64,000 nt of DNA. Origin: Clostridiales bacterium. Lineage in GTDB: Bacteria > Bacillota > Clostridia > Monoglobales > JAIRYP01. Shown piece by piece: positions 1 through 10,725 of the stretch (position 1 is its first letter; each line of letters begins with the position of its first letter). The notes below the pieces were generated by a model. It was not told the DNA's origin. It saw only the letters and a list, made by a program, of their open reading frames with translations, and did not search any database. The stretch spans positions 10,686-74,685 of the forward strand of contig JAIRYP010000004.1 in NCBI GenBank assembly GCA_031267755.1, in the 5' to 3' direction. The position numbers were made by a program, and so were the translations under genes.

Positions 1-1665
1 TGAATAGAGTAGGTGCAAAATTGCATGTTCTATTCCTCCTATATACTGATCAACATTCATCCAATAGTTTGCCTTGTTCGGACTAAACGGAACTTCTATA
101 TTATCTGAATCGCAAAATCTTAAAAAATACCATGAAGAACAAACAAAGGTATCCATCGTATCGACTTCTCTTTTAGCGTTTTTACCACATTTATGGCATG
201 TAGTATTGATAAATTCATCACAATCAGCTAGGGGAGATTTTTTATTTTTTGAAAATTTTACATTTTCGGGCAATTTAACAGGTAAATTTTTTTCAGATTC
301 AGCAATTATTCCACATTTTGGACAATAGATAATTGGTATAGGGGCACCCCAATATCTTTGACGAGAAATAAGCCAATCTCTGAGTTTATAGTTAATTTTT
401 CTTTTACCAAACTTTTTATTTTCTAAATAATGAGCTATTTTTTCAATTGCTTCAGTATTTTCTATTTCATTAAATTCTCTAGAGTTTTTTAGTATACCAT
501 TTGCCTCAAAGGCACAATTTGAAACTTCGAAATGTGGGTCTTCTTTAGGATAAATTACAGTTTTGATTGGAATGTTATAATTTTTGGCAAACTCAAAATC
601 TCGTGTATCGTGTGCTGGAACACCCATTACAACCCCTGTGCCATAGTCACAAAGTACATAATTTGTAATATAAATCGGAATTTTTTCTTCGTTTATTGGA
701 TTTATTGCATATGAACCCGTAAATACTCCATCTTTTTCTGTTTCAGAAGACGTTCTAATTATTTCACTTTGAAGTTTTGCTTTTTCAATAAAGATACGAC
801 ATTCGCTTTCGTTTTGTTTTCCATGAATAATTTTAAAAATATCGGGATGTTCGGGAGCTATTGCGATGTATGTTACTCCAAAAATCGTATCAGGTCTTGT
901 TGTGTAAACAGTTAAAAAATTTTCGCTCATTAATTTTGGTGAATTTAAAGTATTTATTTCATCAATCTTAAAATTAATTTCAACTCCAGTTGAACGTCCT
1001 ATCCAATTAGATTGCATATTTTTAACTTTATCAGACCAACCATCAAGTTTTTTAAGATCACTCAAGAGATTTTCTGCATAGTTTGTTATTTTAAAAAACC
1101 ATTGTTTAAGATTTTTTTTTCCAACAATGTTTTTACAACGCTCACATTTTCCACATACTACTTGTTCATTTGCAAGCACTGTTCTACAGCTTGGACACCA
1201 ATTCACAAAAGATTTTTTTTGATATGCAAGATTGTTTTCGAAAAGTTTTAAAAAAATCCATTGTGTGAATTTATAATATTTTTCTTCTGCAGTTATTATT
1301 TCTCTGCTCCAATCATAACTTGTTCCAATTTTTTTAATTTGTTTTTTCATGTTTTTAATGTTATCAAAAGTCCACTTTTGCGGATGTGTTTCATTTTTTA
1401 TCGCAGCGTTTTCGGCCGGAAGCCCGAAAGCATCCCAACCAATTGGATGAAGGACATTATATCCATTCATAATTTTATATCTTGCTAAAACATCGCCAAT
1501 CGTATAATTTCTTACATGTCCCATGTGTAAATTTCCAGAAGGATATGGAAACATTTCAAGAATATAGTATTTTGGTTTGTTACTTTTTTCATGCGCTTTA
1601 AAAGTTTTTGAATTTTCCCAAATTTTTTGCCATTTTTTTTCAACAATTTTAAAATAATATTGCAT
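1..1665 (-). CDS. leuS: leucyl-tRNA synthetase (first 555 codons; 3' end lies beyond the left edge of the window)
   Basis: Absent from the ORF track because it runs off the window edge. Hand translation from ATG at 1665-1663 gives [55 protein letters not shown], which contains the class-I HIGH-type signature. The last in-window codons (60..1) read [20 protein letters not shown], a conserved LeuRS block. GGAG lies 5 nt upstream of the ATG. Confidence 0.93.
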   Translation of the reverse strand, partial: MQYYFKIVEKKWQKIWENSKTFKAHEKSNKPKYYILEMFPYPSGNLHMGHVRNYTIGDVLARYKIMNGYNVLHPIGWDAFGLPAENAAIKNETHPQKWTFDNIKNMKKQIKKIGTSYDWSREIITAEEKYYKFTQWIFLKLFENNLAYQKKSFVNWCPSCRTVLANEQVVCGKCERCKNIVGKKNLKQWFFKITNYAENLLSDLKKLDGWSDKVKNMQSNWIGRSTGVEINFKIDEINTLNSPKLMSENFLTVYTTRPDTIFGVTYIAIAPEHPDIFKIIHGKQNESECRIFIEKAKLQSEIIRTSSETEKDGVFTGSYAINPINEEKIPIYITNYVLCDYGTGVVMGVPAHDTRDFEFAKNYNIPIKTVIYPKEDPHFEVSNCAFEANGILKNSREFNEIENTEAIEKIAHYLENKKFGKRKINYKLRDWLISRQRYWGAPIPIIYCPKCGIIAESEKNLPVKLPENVKFSKNKKSPLADCDEFINTTCHKCGKNAKREVDTMDTFVCSSWYFLRFCDSDNIEVPFSPNKANYWMNVDQYIGGIEHAILHLLYS

Positions 1666-1683
1666 AATATCTCCTACAATTTT

Positions 1684-2274
1684 TCAGTTAACTTTCTTTT
1701 TAAATATTTTTATACTTTTTATGATTAAGTCATTCCTTGCTTGAAAAGTATTGGGGTGTATTAATGAATTTCTTGAAATCAATCTATTTATAGTTTCAGT
1801 AAGCACAACAAGCGAAGCTTTATTCAAATTGTTAAAACTTAATCTTCTCACATATGCAGTCGAATCGTGTTTTTTTGTTGGATCAATAGAATCGGATACA
1901 TAGATTATTTTTAATAAAGAGGACATATTTTCTTTTGCAGTTGTGTGATAACGAATCGCATCAAGAACCTGAGAATCTTTTATTCCATATTCTTCTCTGG
2001 CGACAATCGCACCAACGTGTGCGTGCAAAAGTTTATTTTCGTTCAAAGAGATTTTGTCTAGAGCAACGTTATGTTTTTTTAATATTTCAAGCGAATCTCT
2101 AACCGAAAACTCTTTTGCGCAATCGTGCATGATGCCCGCTAAGTAAGCAAGTTCAACTGGAACTTTATGAAATTTTGCAAGTTTTTCAGATTCTCGCGCA
2201 ACTGAAAGGGAATGCCTAAATCTATTTTCACTAAGAGTGTTCTTGAGTTTTTTTTCAATAATTTCTTTGTTCAT
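1684..2274 (-). CDS. yqeK: HD-domain phosphohydrolase, YqeK family (bis(5'-nucleosyl)-tetraphosphatase type)
   Basis: Carries RFRHSLSV, MHDCAKE (the HD motif), LDAIRYHT and YVSDSIDP blocks, colinear with Bacillus YqeK as I remember it. 196 aa. Confidence 0.85.
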   Translation of the reverse strand: MNKEIIEKKLKNTLSENRFRHSLSVARESEKLAKFHKVPVELAYLAGIMHDCAKEFSVRDSLEILKKHNVALDKISLNENKLLHAHVGAIVAREEYGIKDSQVLDAIRYHTTAKENMSSLLKIIYVSDSIDPTKKHDSTAYVRRLSFNNLNKASLVVLTETINRLISRNSLIHPNTFQARNDLIIKSIKIFKKKVN

Positions 2275-2485
2275 ATTATTTTCCTTAAAGTTGATTGCTA
2301 AAATTTATATGAAATTTAAATTATTAGTTGAAGAATAAAAACATGTTATATCAAAATGAATCTCTTTTAAACATTTTAAGCTTAGAATTGCTGAGAATTA
2401 ATTAAAAATACAAGAAACTTAAAATTTAGAGAAATATAAAATAAATTCAAAAAGTCAACTTTGTGTTTGGTTTTTAAACAATTCA

Positions 2486-3883
2486 TTAGTAACTAATTTC
2501 TTGAATTAAACGTTTAAATAAATTGCCACGCTCTTCAAAATTTTGAAACATATCAAAACTTGTACTTGCTGGAGAAAGAATTACAATATCTTCGGTGTGT
2601 GAGATTTTTTTCGCAATTTTTACAATCTCAACATAACTTGAGCATCTGAAAATCTCAGGACTTGTTACAATTTTGTTATCGAACAAATAATTTTTTAAAC
2701 TTTTTTCAATAAGATCTGCTGTATCTCCGATTAATATAAGTTTTTTAACTTTTTCTGCGATAACTCTTCCGAGTTCATCATAAGAATTTCCTTTACTTTG
2801 CCCTCCACATATAAGAACAACTTTTTTTTTAAAAACATTTAATGTGGCAATGGTTCTCTCGGGGCTCGAATCAATCGAGCTATTATAATAACTAACTCCT
2901 TGTATGTTTTTTATAAATTCTGCTCTATGAGGCAAACCTCTGAAATTCTTAGTTATTGTTTCGATATTTTCCATTTCAACTAAACTCATAACTGCGGCAA
3001 TTGCAGCCATGTAATTTTCAATATTATGTTTTCCCTTGATTAAAATATCGTGAATATTTATTATTTTTTTATATTTACCTTTTTCCTTATGGCAAATGCT
3101 ATCATCGTTTAATACAATTCCCGTTTCTAAATCATTATTTAAACTAAAAAATAAAATTTTTCCTTTATGTTTTTTTGAAAAATCACGAGTTATTTCATTA
3201 TCATAATTTAATATAAGTAAATTATTTTTGTTTTGGTGAACAAATATATTTTCCTTACATTTTATATATTCTTCATAATCTTTGTGCCAATTTAGGTGAT
3301 TTGGAGAGACATTTGTAATAACGGCCACATCTGGACTTTTGGTAAAAGACTGTAGTTGAAAACTCGAAAGTTCAACAATAATTTTTTCGTTGGGCATTAT
3401 ATTTTCAATATCGTATAAAAGCGGATTACCTATATTGCCACCGATTCTACATTTATAACCATAATTTTTCAAAATTTCATATATAAGAGTGGTTGTTGTG
3501 GATTTTCCATTGCTTCCAGTAATTCCAAAAATTGGAGCTTTACAATATTTGAAAAAAATTTCCATTTCTGAAGTTACGATGCTTCCCAATTTTTCAAGCG
3601 AACTTATTACATTCAGATCGCGTCTGATTCCAGGGCTTCTGAATATATATTGATACTGCTCATCTTCAAGTTTTGAAAAAGAATTTTCGCCAACTACAAA
3701 TCTGATTTTAGATTTAATAAAATTATTATGGATCCATTTAGATTTTATTTTTTCGTCAAAAATTGTAACGTAAGAACCGCATTTAACAAGCAATTTTACA
3801 AGAGGTTTATTACTGATTCCCAAACCAAGTACTGCTATTTTTTTTTTGTTGATATTTTTTTTAAATAATTCAAAATTTTCCAT
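2486..3883 (-). CDS. murD: UDP-N-acetylmuramoylalanine--D-glutamate ligase
   Basis: Has an N-terminal Rossmann segment (IAVLGLGISN), the Mur-ligase P-loop GITGSNGKSTTTTLI, and a C-terminal SPASTSFDMF block. 465 aa. Confidence 0.9.
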   Translation of the reverse strand: MENFELFKKNINKKKIAVLGLGISNKPLVKLLVKCGSYVTIFDEKIKSKWIHNNFIKSKIRFVVGENSFSKLEDEQYQYIFRSPGIRRDLNVISSLEKLGSIVTSEMEIFFKYCKAPIFGITGSNGKSTTTTLIYEILKNYGYKCRIGGNIGNPLLYDIENIMPNEKIIVELSSFQLQSFTKSPDVAVITNVSPNHLNWHKDYEEYIKCKENIFVHQNKNNLLILNYDNEITRDFSKKHKGKILFFSLNNDLETGIVLNDDSICHKEKGKYKKIINIHDILIKGKHNIENYMAAIAAVMSLVEMENIETITKNFRGLPHRAEFIKNIQGVSYYNSSIDSSPERTIATLNVFKKKVVLICGGQSKGNSYDELGRVIAEKVKKLILIGDTADLIEKSLKNYLFDNKIVTSPEIFRCSSYVEIVKIAKKISHTEDIVILSPASTSFDMFQNFEERGNLFKRLIQEISY

Positions 3884-4504
3884 TTCGTCAAACCAACTTT
3901 AGTTATTTTTTAACAATTTTATATTAAAAAAATATTCTTTATGTTTTATTTCTATAAAATATTTATATAAAATTTGAAAATTTAATTTATGAAATGACAT
4001 AAGCAAGTTTAAGATTAAGATTGATTTGTTTTTATAACATTGCAAATCAACAGAATTTTGTTTGAAATTTGAAAAATGTGACTTAAATCATCAATGTTTG
4101 GTTTAACCTTTACAAAAGCTCCAAATGAAAATACTTTTGTAATTTTGCATTCAAACGTATCTTAAATATTAAATACTTATATCTTTTCTGCTCGCCATTT
4201 TGAATAACTTAAAAAAAGTGAATTCTTCTTTTTTTATTAATTTTTAATAAAAATTTAAATTTTCATAATTTCTATTACTTTACATCTCAAAATCAAATTA
4301 TTGTTTAATATATTTTTTATTTTTTTGATTTTTGATAACGTCTCTTTAAACAGCAAAGTGGAATTTTTCTTGTGGTTTAAATTTAAAATTGATTTGATAT
4401 TCATTTAATAATATGTTAATTTATTGATGGCCTTATTGAAAAGTTAAAAATTTTTGAAGAATAGTTACCATAATTTTTAATTATTTTTTATTAAAATTCA
4501 ATTT

Positions 4505-5395
4505 TTATAAATCATATATTTTTGATAACTCGAACAAAACTTCTTTTACTGATGAATCGGGAGTTGATGCTCCTAAGGTTATTCCAACTTTTGATGTTTT
4601 ATTTATTAAATGTTTATATTTTTTTGTTTCTTCAGCGTTTTCTATTTTAAAAACATTCTCGCAAAATTCTTTACATATTTCAAATAATTTATTTGTGTTT
4701 GAACTTTTATTTCCTCCAATAACAAAAACAATATCAGAATTTTTAGCAATATCTTCGGATTCTTTTTGCCTTGTGGAGCTGGATTCACAAATTGTGTCAA
4801 AATATTTTATATTTTTTATTTTTTCCATTAATATATAGATTATTTTTTCAAAATATTTTTTATTAAACGTAGTTTGTGAAACTATACAAATATCAGAATT
4901 AAAATTTTTTATTTTTTTTAGAAAGATATCATCGATTTCGTGCTCGTGTTCAATAATTTCTGCACTATTTTCGCACCATCCGTTTATTCCCTTTACTTCA
5001 GAGTGTTTTTTATTGCCAATTATTATTATTTTTCTCATATTTTTAAATTCTTTTGAAACAATTTTATGAATTTTTTTAACATACGGGCAGGTTGCGTCTA
5101 CAATCGTTGCACCAATATTTATTATTTTATTATATTCAAGTTTTGATATTCCATGAGCCCTTATAATCAAAACATCATTTTTTGTTATTTTATCTATTTT
5201 GTTTACACACTGAATACCTTTTTTTTGTAAATTAAAAATTACATCATCATTATGAACAATTGGGCCATACATAAAAATTTTTTTATTTTCATTATTTGCA
5301 CAAGTATCGAGTGCGATTTTAATTGCTTGTTTGACGCCGTAGCAAAATTCTGTAGATTTAATGCTCTTGACAGTCGTAATTTCAAGCCCCCTCAT
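4505..5395 (-). CDS. ispH: 4-hydroxy-3-methylbut-2-enyl diphosphate reductase
   Basis: IspH/LytB blocks are present: GPIVHNDDV, IRAHG, DATCPYVKK, VSQTT, GGNKSSNTNKL. Confidence 0.9.
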   Translation of the reverse strand: MRGLEITTVKSIKSTEFCYGVKQAIKIALDTCANNENKKIFMYGPIVHNDDVIFNLQKKGIQCVNKIDKITKNDVLIIRAHGISKLEYNKIINIGATIVDATCPYVKKIHKIVSKEFKNMRKIIIIGNKKHSEVKGINGWCENSAEIIEHEHEIDDIFLKKIKNFNSDICIVSQTTFNKKYFEKIIYILMEKIKNIKYFDTICESSSTRQKESEDIAKNSDIVFVIGGNKSSNTNKLFEICKEFCENVFKIENAEETKKYKHLINKTSKVGITLGASTPDSSVKEVLFELSKIYDL

Positions 5396-6002
5396 AATTT
5401 TTATTCGAAATGCCCGAGAGCTCTGAAATGTTTTCCATAATCAAATTTGTAACCTCTCTAAGTATTTCTTTATTAATTTTTTTATTGAAATATTTAGATA
5501 AATCAATTTCTTTACCTATATTGACTGTGATCCTTTTAAAAGGTTTATAATTTCCTTTTATACCGATTGGTACGACATTTGTTTTAGACTTCAATGCAAT
5601 TAACGCACACCCCATTTTTCCTTCATCAAGAAATTGTTCTTTAACTCTTCTGCCTTCTGGAAACATCGTTAAAACATTTTCATTGTTTAAGACACTAATT
5701 GCTTTTTTAAAGGTTTCTATGCCTGCACCTGTTCTTCTAACTGGAAAACTGTAGAGGAGCCTAAAAAATTTATTTGAAAATTTGTTTTTAAACATTTCTT
5801 CTTTTGCCATAAAATGAAGTGTTCTTGGTGAAAAAGAAGCTAATACAACAACGTCAATGTTACTTTTATGATTTGCGCAAATTATACATTTACCCTTTTT
5901 TGGTATATTTTTTTTTCCGTTTATTTTTGGAAAGTGTAAAGTTATGCAAAATAAACGAAAGAAAAATACAACTATCCTATAAAGTAAATAATTTTCTTCC
6001 AT
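5382..6002 (-). CDS. plsC: 1-acyl-sn-glycerol-3-phosphate acyltransferase
   Basis: Contains the HX4D acyltransferase motif (NHKSNIDV) and the FPEGRR block. It overlaps ispH by 14 nt, which suggests an operon. Confidence 0.85.
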   Translation of the reverse strand: MEENYLLYRIVVFFFRLFCITLHFPKINGKKNIPKKGKCIICANHKSNIDVVVLASFSPRTLHFMAKEEMFKNKFSNKFFRLLYSFPVRRTGAGIETFKKAISVLNNENVLTMFPEGRRVKEQFLDEGKMGCALIALKSKTNVVPIGIKGNYKPFKRITVNIGKEIDLSKYFNKKINKEILREVTNLIMENISELSGISNKNYEGA

Positions 6003-6091
6003 TTTGAACCTTTCTAAAAAAACCTCGGTTTTTGATTAATTCACAATTAAAACTAAAAAATTTAAAAATTGAAGGCTTATATTTTTTATTT

Positions 6092-6895
6092 TTATTTTTT
6101 ATTATTTATTAGTTCTGATAGTTTATCTCTCACAATTTTTAAAATAGTGTCAACAGATTTTTCCAATGTATTTCCCGTCGTATCGATAATAAGTGCGTCT
6201 GTTGCAGGTTTTAAAGGTGACAAACTTCTTTTTGAATCATTTGTATCACGCTCTTTCATACTTTTTCTGACATATTCGAAATTAGTTTTAATTTCTTTTT
6301 TTTCAAGTTCTTCATATCTTCTTTTGGCACGTTCATCAAGACTTGCAGTTAAAAATATTTTTAAATCAGCATTTTTAAACACTTTTGTTCCGATGTCTCT
6401 TCCATCCATTATCACATTTTTGTCTTCGGCTATTTTTCTTTGCATATGAGTAAGTTTTTTTCTAACAAAAGGAAATTTAGAAATATAGGACGACAGAGAA
6501 GAAATTTTAGGACTTCTTAACTCATCAGTTACGTCTTCGCAATTTAAATAAATAAATTGTTTTCCTTCTAGAAATTTGATATCAATATTAATACTGTCTA
6601 ATAAAAATCGAATCTCTTTTTCATTTTTAAGATTAACGTTGAACCTTGAAATAGCGTATGCAATGACTCTATAAGTGGCACCTGTGTCAATATGTGTGAA
6701 ACCAATTTTGTGTGCTACAATTTCAGATATTGTGCTTTTTCCAGCTCCAGAGGGGCCGTCGATTGCAATTTTAGTTCCTACCAATTTATTCAGCACTCCA
6801 AAATTAGTTTTTGTAAATAAAAAATTAAGTATCGATATTTTCCAAAACCATTTGATTATTTCTTTTTTCAAAACCGATAGTAGTTTCCCATCCAT
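6092..6895 (-). CDS. cmk: cytidylate kinase (track ORF; the real start is probably the TTG at 6784)
   Basis: Has the P-loop IAIDGPSGAGKSTI plus DTGATYR and MDGRDIGT blocks. The first ~37 codons of the track ORF overlap the upstream MBL gene by 71 nt. An internal TTG at 6784 sits 9 nt after GGAGTG, removes the overlap, and places the start just before the P-loop. Confidence 0.85.
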   Translation of the reverse strand: MDGKLLSVLKKEIIKWFWKISILNFLFTKTNFGVLNKLVGTKIAIDGPSGAGKSTISEIVAHKIGFTHIDTGATYRVIAYAISRFNVNLKNEKEIRFLLDSINIDIKFLEGKQFIYLNCEDVTDELRSPKISSLSSYISKFPFVRKKLTHMQRKIAEDKNVIMDGRDIGTKVFKNADLKIFLTASLDERAKRRYEELEKKEIKTNFEYVRKSMKERDTNDSKRSLSPLKPATDALIIDTTGNTLEKSVDTILKIVRDKLSELINNKK

Positions 6896-7487
6896 GTCCA
6901 GGGTATACTTTTACGTCATTTTCCAAAACAAATAATTTATTTTTAATAGATTCGATTTCTTGTTTAAAATTTCCAGTTGGAATATCAGTTCTACCAATAG
7001 AATTGTAAAAGAGAGTATCTCCACTTATTAAAGTTTTTTCATTCTTAAAAAGAAAGCAACAACTATCATCAGAGTGACCGGGAGTATGAAATGATTTAAC
7101 TTTTATACCATCCAGTTCAATAGTATCACCGTCATTTAAAATTTTGTCAGCTTTGATCATATGTTTTTTTATTTCTAAGTCGTTCATATTAATTTCACAA
7201 AGTTTTATACAGTGTTTAAAACATTTTTTAAATGTCGCTTCACTTTCTGGTCTTAGAAAGACGACAGGATTCAATCTATTTTTCAGCGTGTTTAAAGCTA
7301 AAATATGATCAAAATGTGTGTGAGTTAAAGCTATAATTTTCAAATTGTAGTTATGATGATTTAAAAAACTATGAATTTCGTCTGCAGAATCAGCGGGGTC
7401 AAACAAAATAGCGTTTTTTGTTTTCTCACTGGCAACAATGTAACAATTAGTTCTGAGGGGTCCCAAAACTAACTTGTGTAATTTCAA
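6825..7487 (-). CDS. MBL-fold metallo-hydrolase (glyoxalase-II-like)
   Basis: Carries HxHxDH (THTHFDHI), HTPGHS, GDTLF and a late PGHG block. Confidence 0.85.
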   Translation of the reverse strand: MKLHKLVLGPLRTNCYIVASEKTKNAILFDPADSADEIHSFLNHHNYNLKIIALTHTHFDHILALNTLKNRLNPVVFLRPESEATFKKCFKHCIKLCEINMNDLEIKKHMIKADKILNDGDTIELDGIKVKSFHTPGHSDDSCCFLFKNEKTLISGDTLFYNSIGRTDIPTGNFKQEIESIKNKLFVLENDVKVYPGHGWETTIGFEKRNNQMVLENIDT

Positions 7488-7715
7488 TTTGCACCTTCCT
7501 TCTAATTTATTAAGTTATAATAAATTGAAATATTAAAAATCATTATAGATATTTATTCTTATAAAAATAATTTAACAAATTTTCAATGATATAATCATCA
7601 AATCATTTAAGTATACGTATAATTTTCAAATTTGAAAATACTTGAGTGATAGTAAATTTTTATAGAAATATAAAAAATTACTTTAAATATTTAAAAATTT
7701 ATGAGCAATTATATT

Positions 7716-9251
7716 TTAATTATTTAATTTTTGTTCAAGTTTGCGCAGAAGTTGTGTAACAGAAAATGTCATAACAAAATAAATTATGCTAACAATAAAA
7801 AAAGTTTGAAAAAAATGAAAATTTTGTCCTGCAATGGTTTTGGCTTCAAAAAATAATTCAGAGACAGATATAATATTTAAAACTGAAGTATCTTTTAAGT
7901 TTATCACGAATTCATTCCCAATTAAAGGAAGAGAGTTTCTTATAACCTGAGGCAGAATTATTTTTTTCATGCTGCGGAAATGAGGTATACCAATTGCTTT
8001 TGCAGCCTCAAATTGACCATTGTCAATCGCTTTCATTGCACCTCTAAAAATTTCTGTCATATAGCTTCCTGTATTTATTGATACTACTATAAGAGCCGCA
8101 ATCATTTTGTTCATATCAAATCCGAAAATTTGTGCAGTGCCATAATAAAAAACAACCAACTGTATAATCATTGGAGTACCACGAAAGATTTCAACATAAG
8201 TTGATGTAGTCCACAAAAAAATTTTAAAAATTAGTTGGGCGAATGTGTTTTCTGGTTGCTCTGCCGTTCTAATAATTTCAATCGAAATCCCGATAAACGC
8301 TCCAACAATAGTGCTCACTAAAGAAATAAACAAAGTTGTACATGCTCCTCTTAAGAGTTGCAAACCATTTTCTTTTAAAATTTGTAAAAACCAATTTTTG
8401 TTAATTTTTTTGACCGGTTGATTTTTCATTGCTTCGTACATAAAAATTTTTTTTTCATCTTCACTTATTTCTGAAAGCGTTTTATTTATCTCTGATAAAA
8501 TAGGATCATTTTTTCTCAAACCAATTGCAATTGTGCTTTCTTCATCATTTTTTATTTCAAAACCTTCTTCTTTAACAAATTCTACCATTTTAAAATTTTT
8601 ATTTAAAATTTCTGCAGTTGTTGCTTCCGGTTTTTCAGTGACATAGCCATCTATTATTCCAGATTCAAGCGCCACGCGCATTGATGGAAAATTTTCCATA
8701 GCTTTTTGTTTGTAAACATTTGGTATTTGGTCGATAATTTTATAATGCAATGTGTTCAATTGCGCTGTGATTTTAGAGTTACAAAATTCATGAAGATTTT
8801 TTGCGTTTTCATATTTGCTTCCTTTTTTGACTAAAATAACCAAATCTGAAACATAGTAATTATCTGAAAAATCTATAATTTCTTTTCGTGATTGTGTTGG
8901 AGACATTCCAGCAACTATTGCGTCAATTTTTTTAGAGATAAGTGCAGGTATTAAACCGTCCCATTCGGTTTTTACTATTATTAGTTTCTTATTAAGTTTT
9001 GCAGCAATAGAATTGGAAATCATTACGTCATATCCACCAGCAAATTGGTTACTATCTTGAATTTTAGCCGATTCTTTTGAATTTAAATTTTGAGTCCAAT
9101 TAAATGGCGGATAGTTTGCTTCCATGCCAACACGAAATTCTTCATTATTTTCTTTGGAATTAGATAATTTACAATAAAAAAATATATTTAAAAATACAAC
9201 AAAAAACGTTATAGCGAAAAATATGTTAGTTATGTTTGTTTTTGTTTTCAT
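7716..9251 (-). CDS. polar amino-acid ABC transporter, fused substrate-binding protein plus permease
   Basis: An N-terminal signal anchor is followed by a family-3 solute-binding-like domain (WDGLIPALISKKIDAIVAGMS). This is fused to a multi-TM permease with an EAA loop (EAAKAIGIPHFRSMKKIILPQ). Confidence 0.8.
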   Translation of the reverse strand: MKTKTNITNIFFAITFFVVFLNIFFYCKLSNSKENNEEFRVGMEANYPPFNWTQNLNSKESAKIQDSNQFAGGYDVMISNSIAAKLNKKLIIVKTEWDGLIPALISKKIDAIVAGMSPTQSRKEIIDFSDNYYVSDLVILVKKGSKYENAKNLHEFCNSKITAQLNTLHYKIIDQIPNVYKQKAMENFPSMRVALESGIIDGYVTEKPEATTAEILNKNFKMVEFVKEEGFEIKNDEESTIAIGLRKNDPILSEINKTLSEISEDEKKIFMYEAMKNQPVKKINKNWFLQILKENGLQLLRGACTTLFISLVSTIVGAFIGISIEIIRTAEQPENTFAQLIFKIFLWTTSTYVEIFRGTPMIIQLVVFYYGTAQIFGFDMNKMIAALIVVSINTGSYMTEIFRGAMKAIDNGQFEAAKAIGIPHFRSMKKIILPQVIRNSLPLIGNEFVINLKDTSVLNIISVSELFFEAKTIAGQNFHFFQTFFIVSIIYFVMTFSVTQLLRKLEQKLNN

Positions 9252-9627
9252 GCATACCCTTCCAATTTTTCTTTTGTGCGCAAAACGTTTGATGTTGATT
9301 TAAAACAAATTCATATTATTATTTTTTTGTTTTCAAGGTTTATTATAACATTCGAAACAACAAAGATTATAAACAATAAATATGTTTTGTTAAATACTAT
9401 TTTTTGAAGTTTGAGTTCATCTTTTATAATACGCATCGAAAATAATGTGTTTTTTGTTTAGTTAAAAAATAATTCTTGAATGAACCTTTTTTATAAGTTT
9501 AAATTATTTGAAGAATTAAACTACAAAAAATTTTATTTAGAAAAAGTCAATTTATTGCTCGAGGTTATTTAATTTTTAAAAAAAATTTGATCTTATACAT
9601 TTTAAGAAGGCGCATGAAGTAATTTTA

Positions 9628-10134
9628 TTAATCGTTTTTCTTTAAATTTGTTTCTTTTATGTCAATTATTTTGCAATTTACAACACAATATTTAGTTCTA
9701 AAGTAAAGATCTCTTCCAATTCCAATTTTTTTGTTTCCTTTAATCTTATAACAATTTTCATCTGCTTTACAATTTGATTTTATAGTTAATATAGCATCAT
9801 AAAGTTTTGGATTTTCCAATTGTACGATTGTACCATCATCAAATTTTTCATTTAAAAGAGATAAATTTTCTTTTATATTTAATATCTCACCTATTTTTTC
9901 ATTTGTTTCATAATCATAAATAATTTTAGAATTTTTTAGTGCTTCCAGTTTGCATTTTTTAATCTCATTAAGCTTTATTTTAAATTCTATGTTTACTTCT
10001 TTAGAAATTGGTTTTCCAAGTTTAAAATTGAGCCTTGCACATATGCCAAAATAAATTATGATTGAAATAAATATTGCGAGAATGTCTATTAAACTTATTT
10101 TTCCAAAAATTTTTCCCTCTTTATCAATAAACAT
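9628..10134 (-). CDS. DUF4330-like membrane-anchored protein (paralog 2)
   Basis: The track ORF extends to 10221, but the ATG at 10134 (MFIDKEGKIFGKISLIDILAIFISII) gives the family-typical N-terminus and an 11-nt overlap with the upstream paralog. The family assignment is from memory of the N-terminal pattern. Confidence 0.6.
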   Translation of the reverse strand: MFIDKEGKIFGKISLIDILAIFISIIIYFGICARLNFKLGKPISKEVNIEFKIKLNEIKKCKLEALKNSKIIYDYETNEKIGEILNIKENLSLLNEKFDDGTIVQLENPKLYDAILTIKSNCKADENCYKIKGNKKIGIGRDLYFRTKYCVVNCKIIDIKETNLKKND

Positions 10135-10621
10135 ATTCTTTTTCGTGCTCCTTTTTGCATTCAATTTCCATAACCCATGCTTCATACGAATACCCAAGAC
10201 CTTCAATAGGGACCTTTTCACCGATTAATATTTTGTTATTACCAATAATTATTGCATCATCACTTTCAATTCCTTTTGTTTCTAAAGTTATGATAACATC
10301 TAATTTGTTTGGAAATTTTGTTACAACATATTTTTTTTCTGTTTTATTTAATACGGTATCTTCATAATCAACAATTTCTACATTTTTTATAGTTGCCTTA
10401 TCTTTTTCGTTTGAACTTGTTTTGATAATATCATTAATTTTTAAGGGCATAAAAATTTCTGAATCTTGGTTTTGCAATTTTAATTTATAATTTATTATCA
10501 CTGGTTGGGGGTTTATTTTCTTTTTATCAACCTTAACCTTTAAAAATCCAAGATACATAATACACTGAATTATTACAATAATAATTAAAACATCAATTAA
10601 ATTAAATTTAATTTTTTTCAT
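10124..10621 (-). CDS. DUF4330-like membrane-anchored protein (paralog 1)
   Basis: MKKIKFNLIDVLIIIVII forms an N-terminal anchor followed by a beta-rich body. It has the same architecture as the downstream neighbour. Confidence 0.6.
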   Translation of the reverse strand: MKKIKFNLIDVLIIIVIIQCIMYLGFLKVKVDKKKINPQPVIINYKLKLQNQDSEIFMPLKINDIIKTSSNEKDKATIKNVEIVDYEDTVLNKTEKKYVVTKFPNKLDVIITLETKGIESDDAIIIGNNKILIGEKVPIEGLGYSYEAWVMEIECKKEHEKEYVY

Positions 10622-10725
10622 AATTGCTCCTATAATTTTTTAAAAGTGTAGTAAATTTTTAAAATTTTAAAAATTGTTCGAATTGTTTAAGATAAAAATA
10701 ATTTTATGTTTTTGAATTATTTTTA

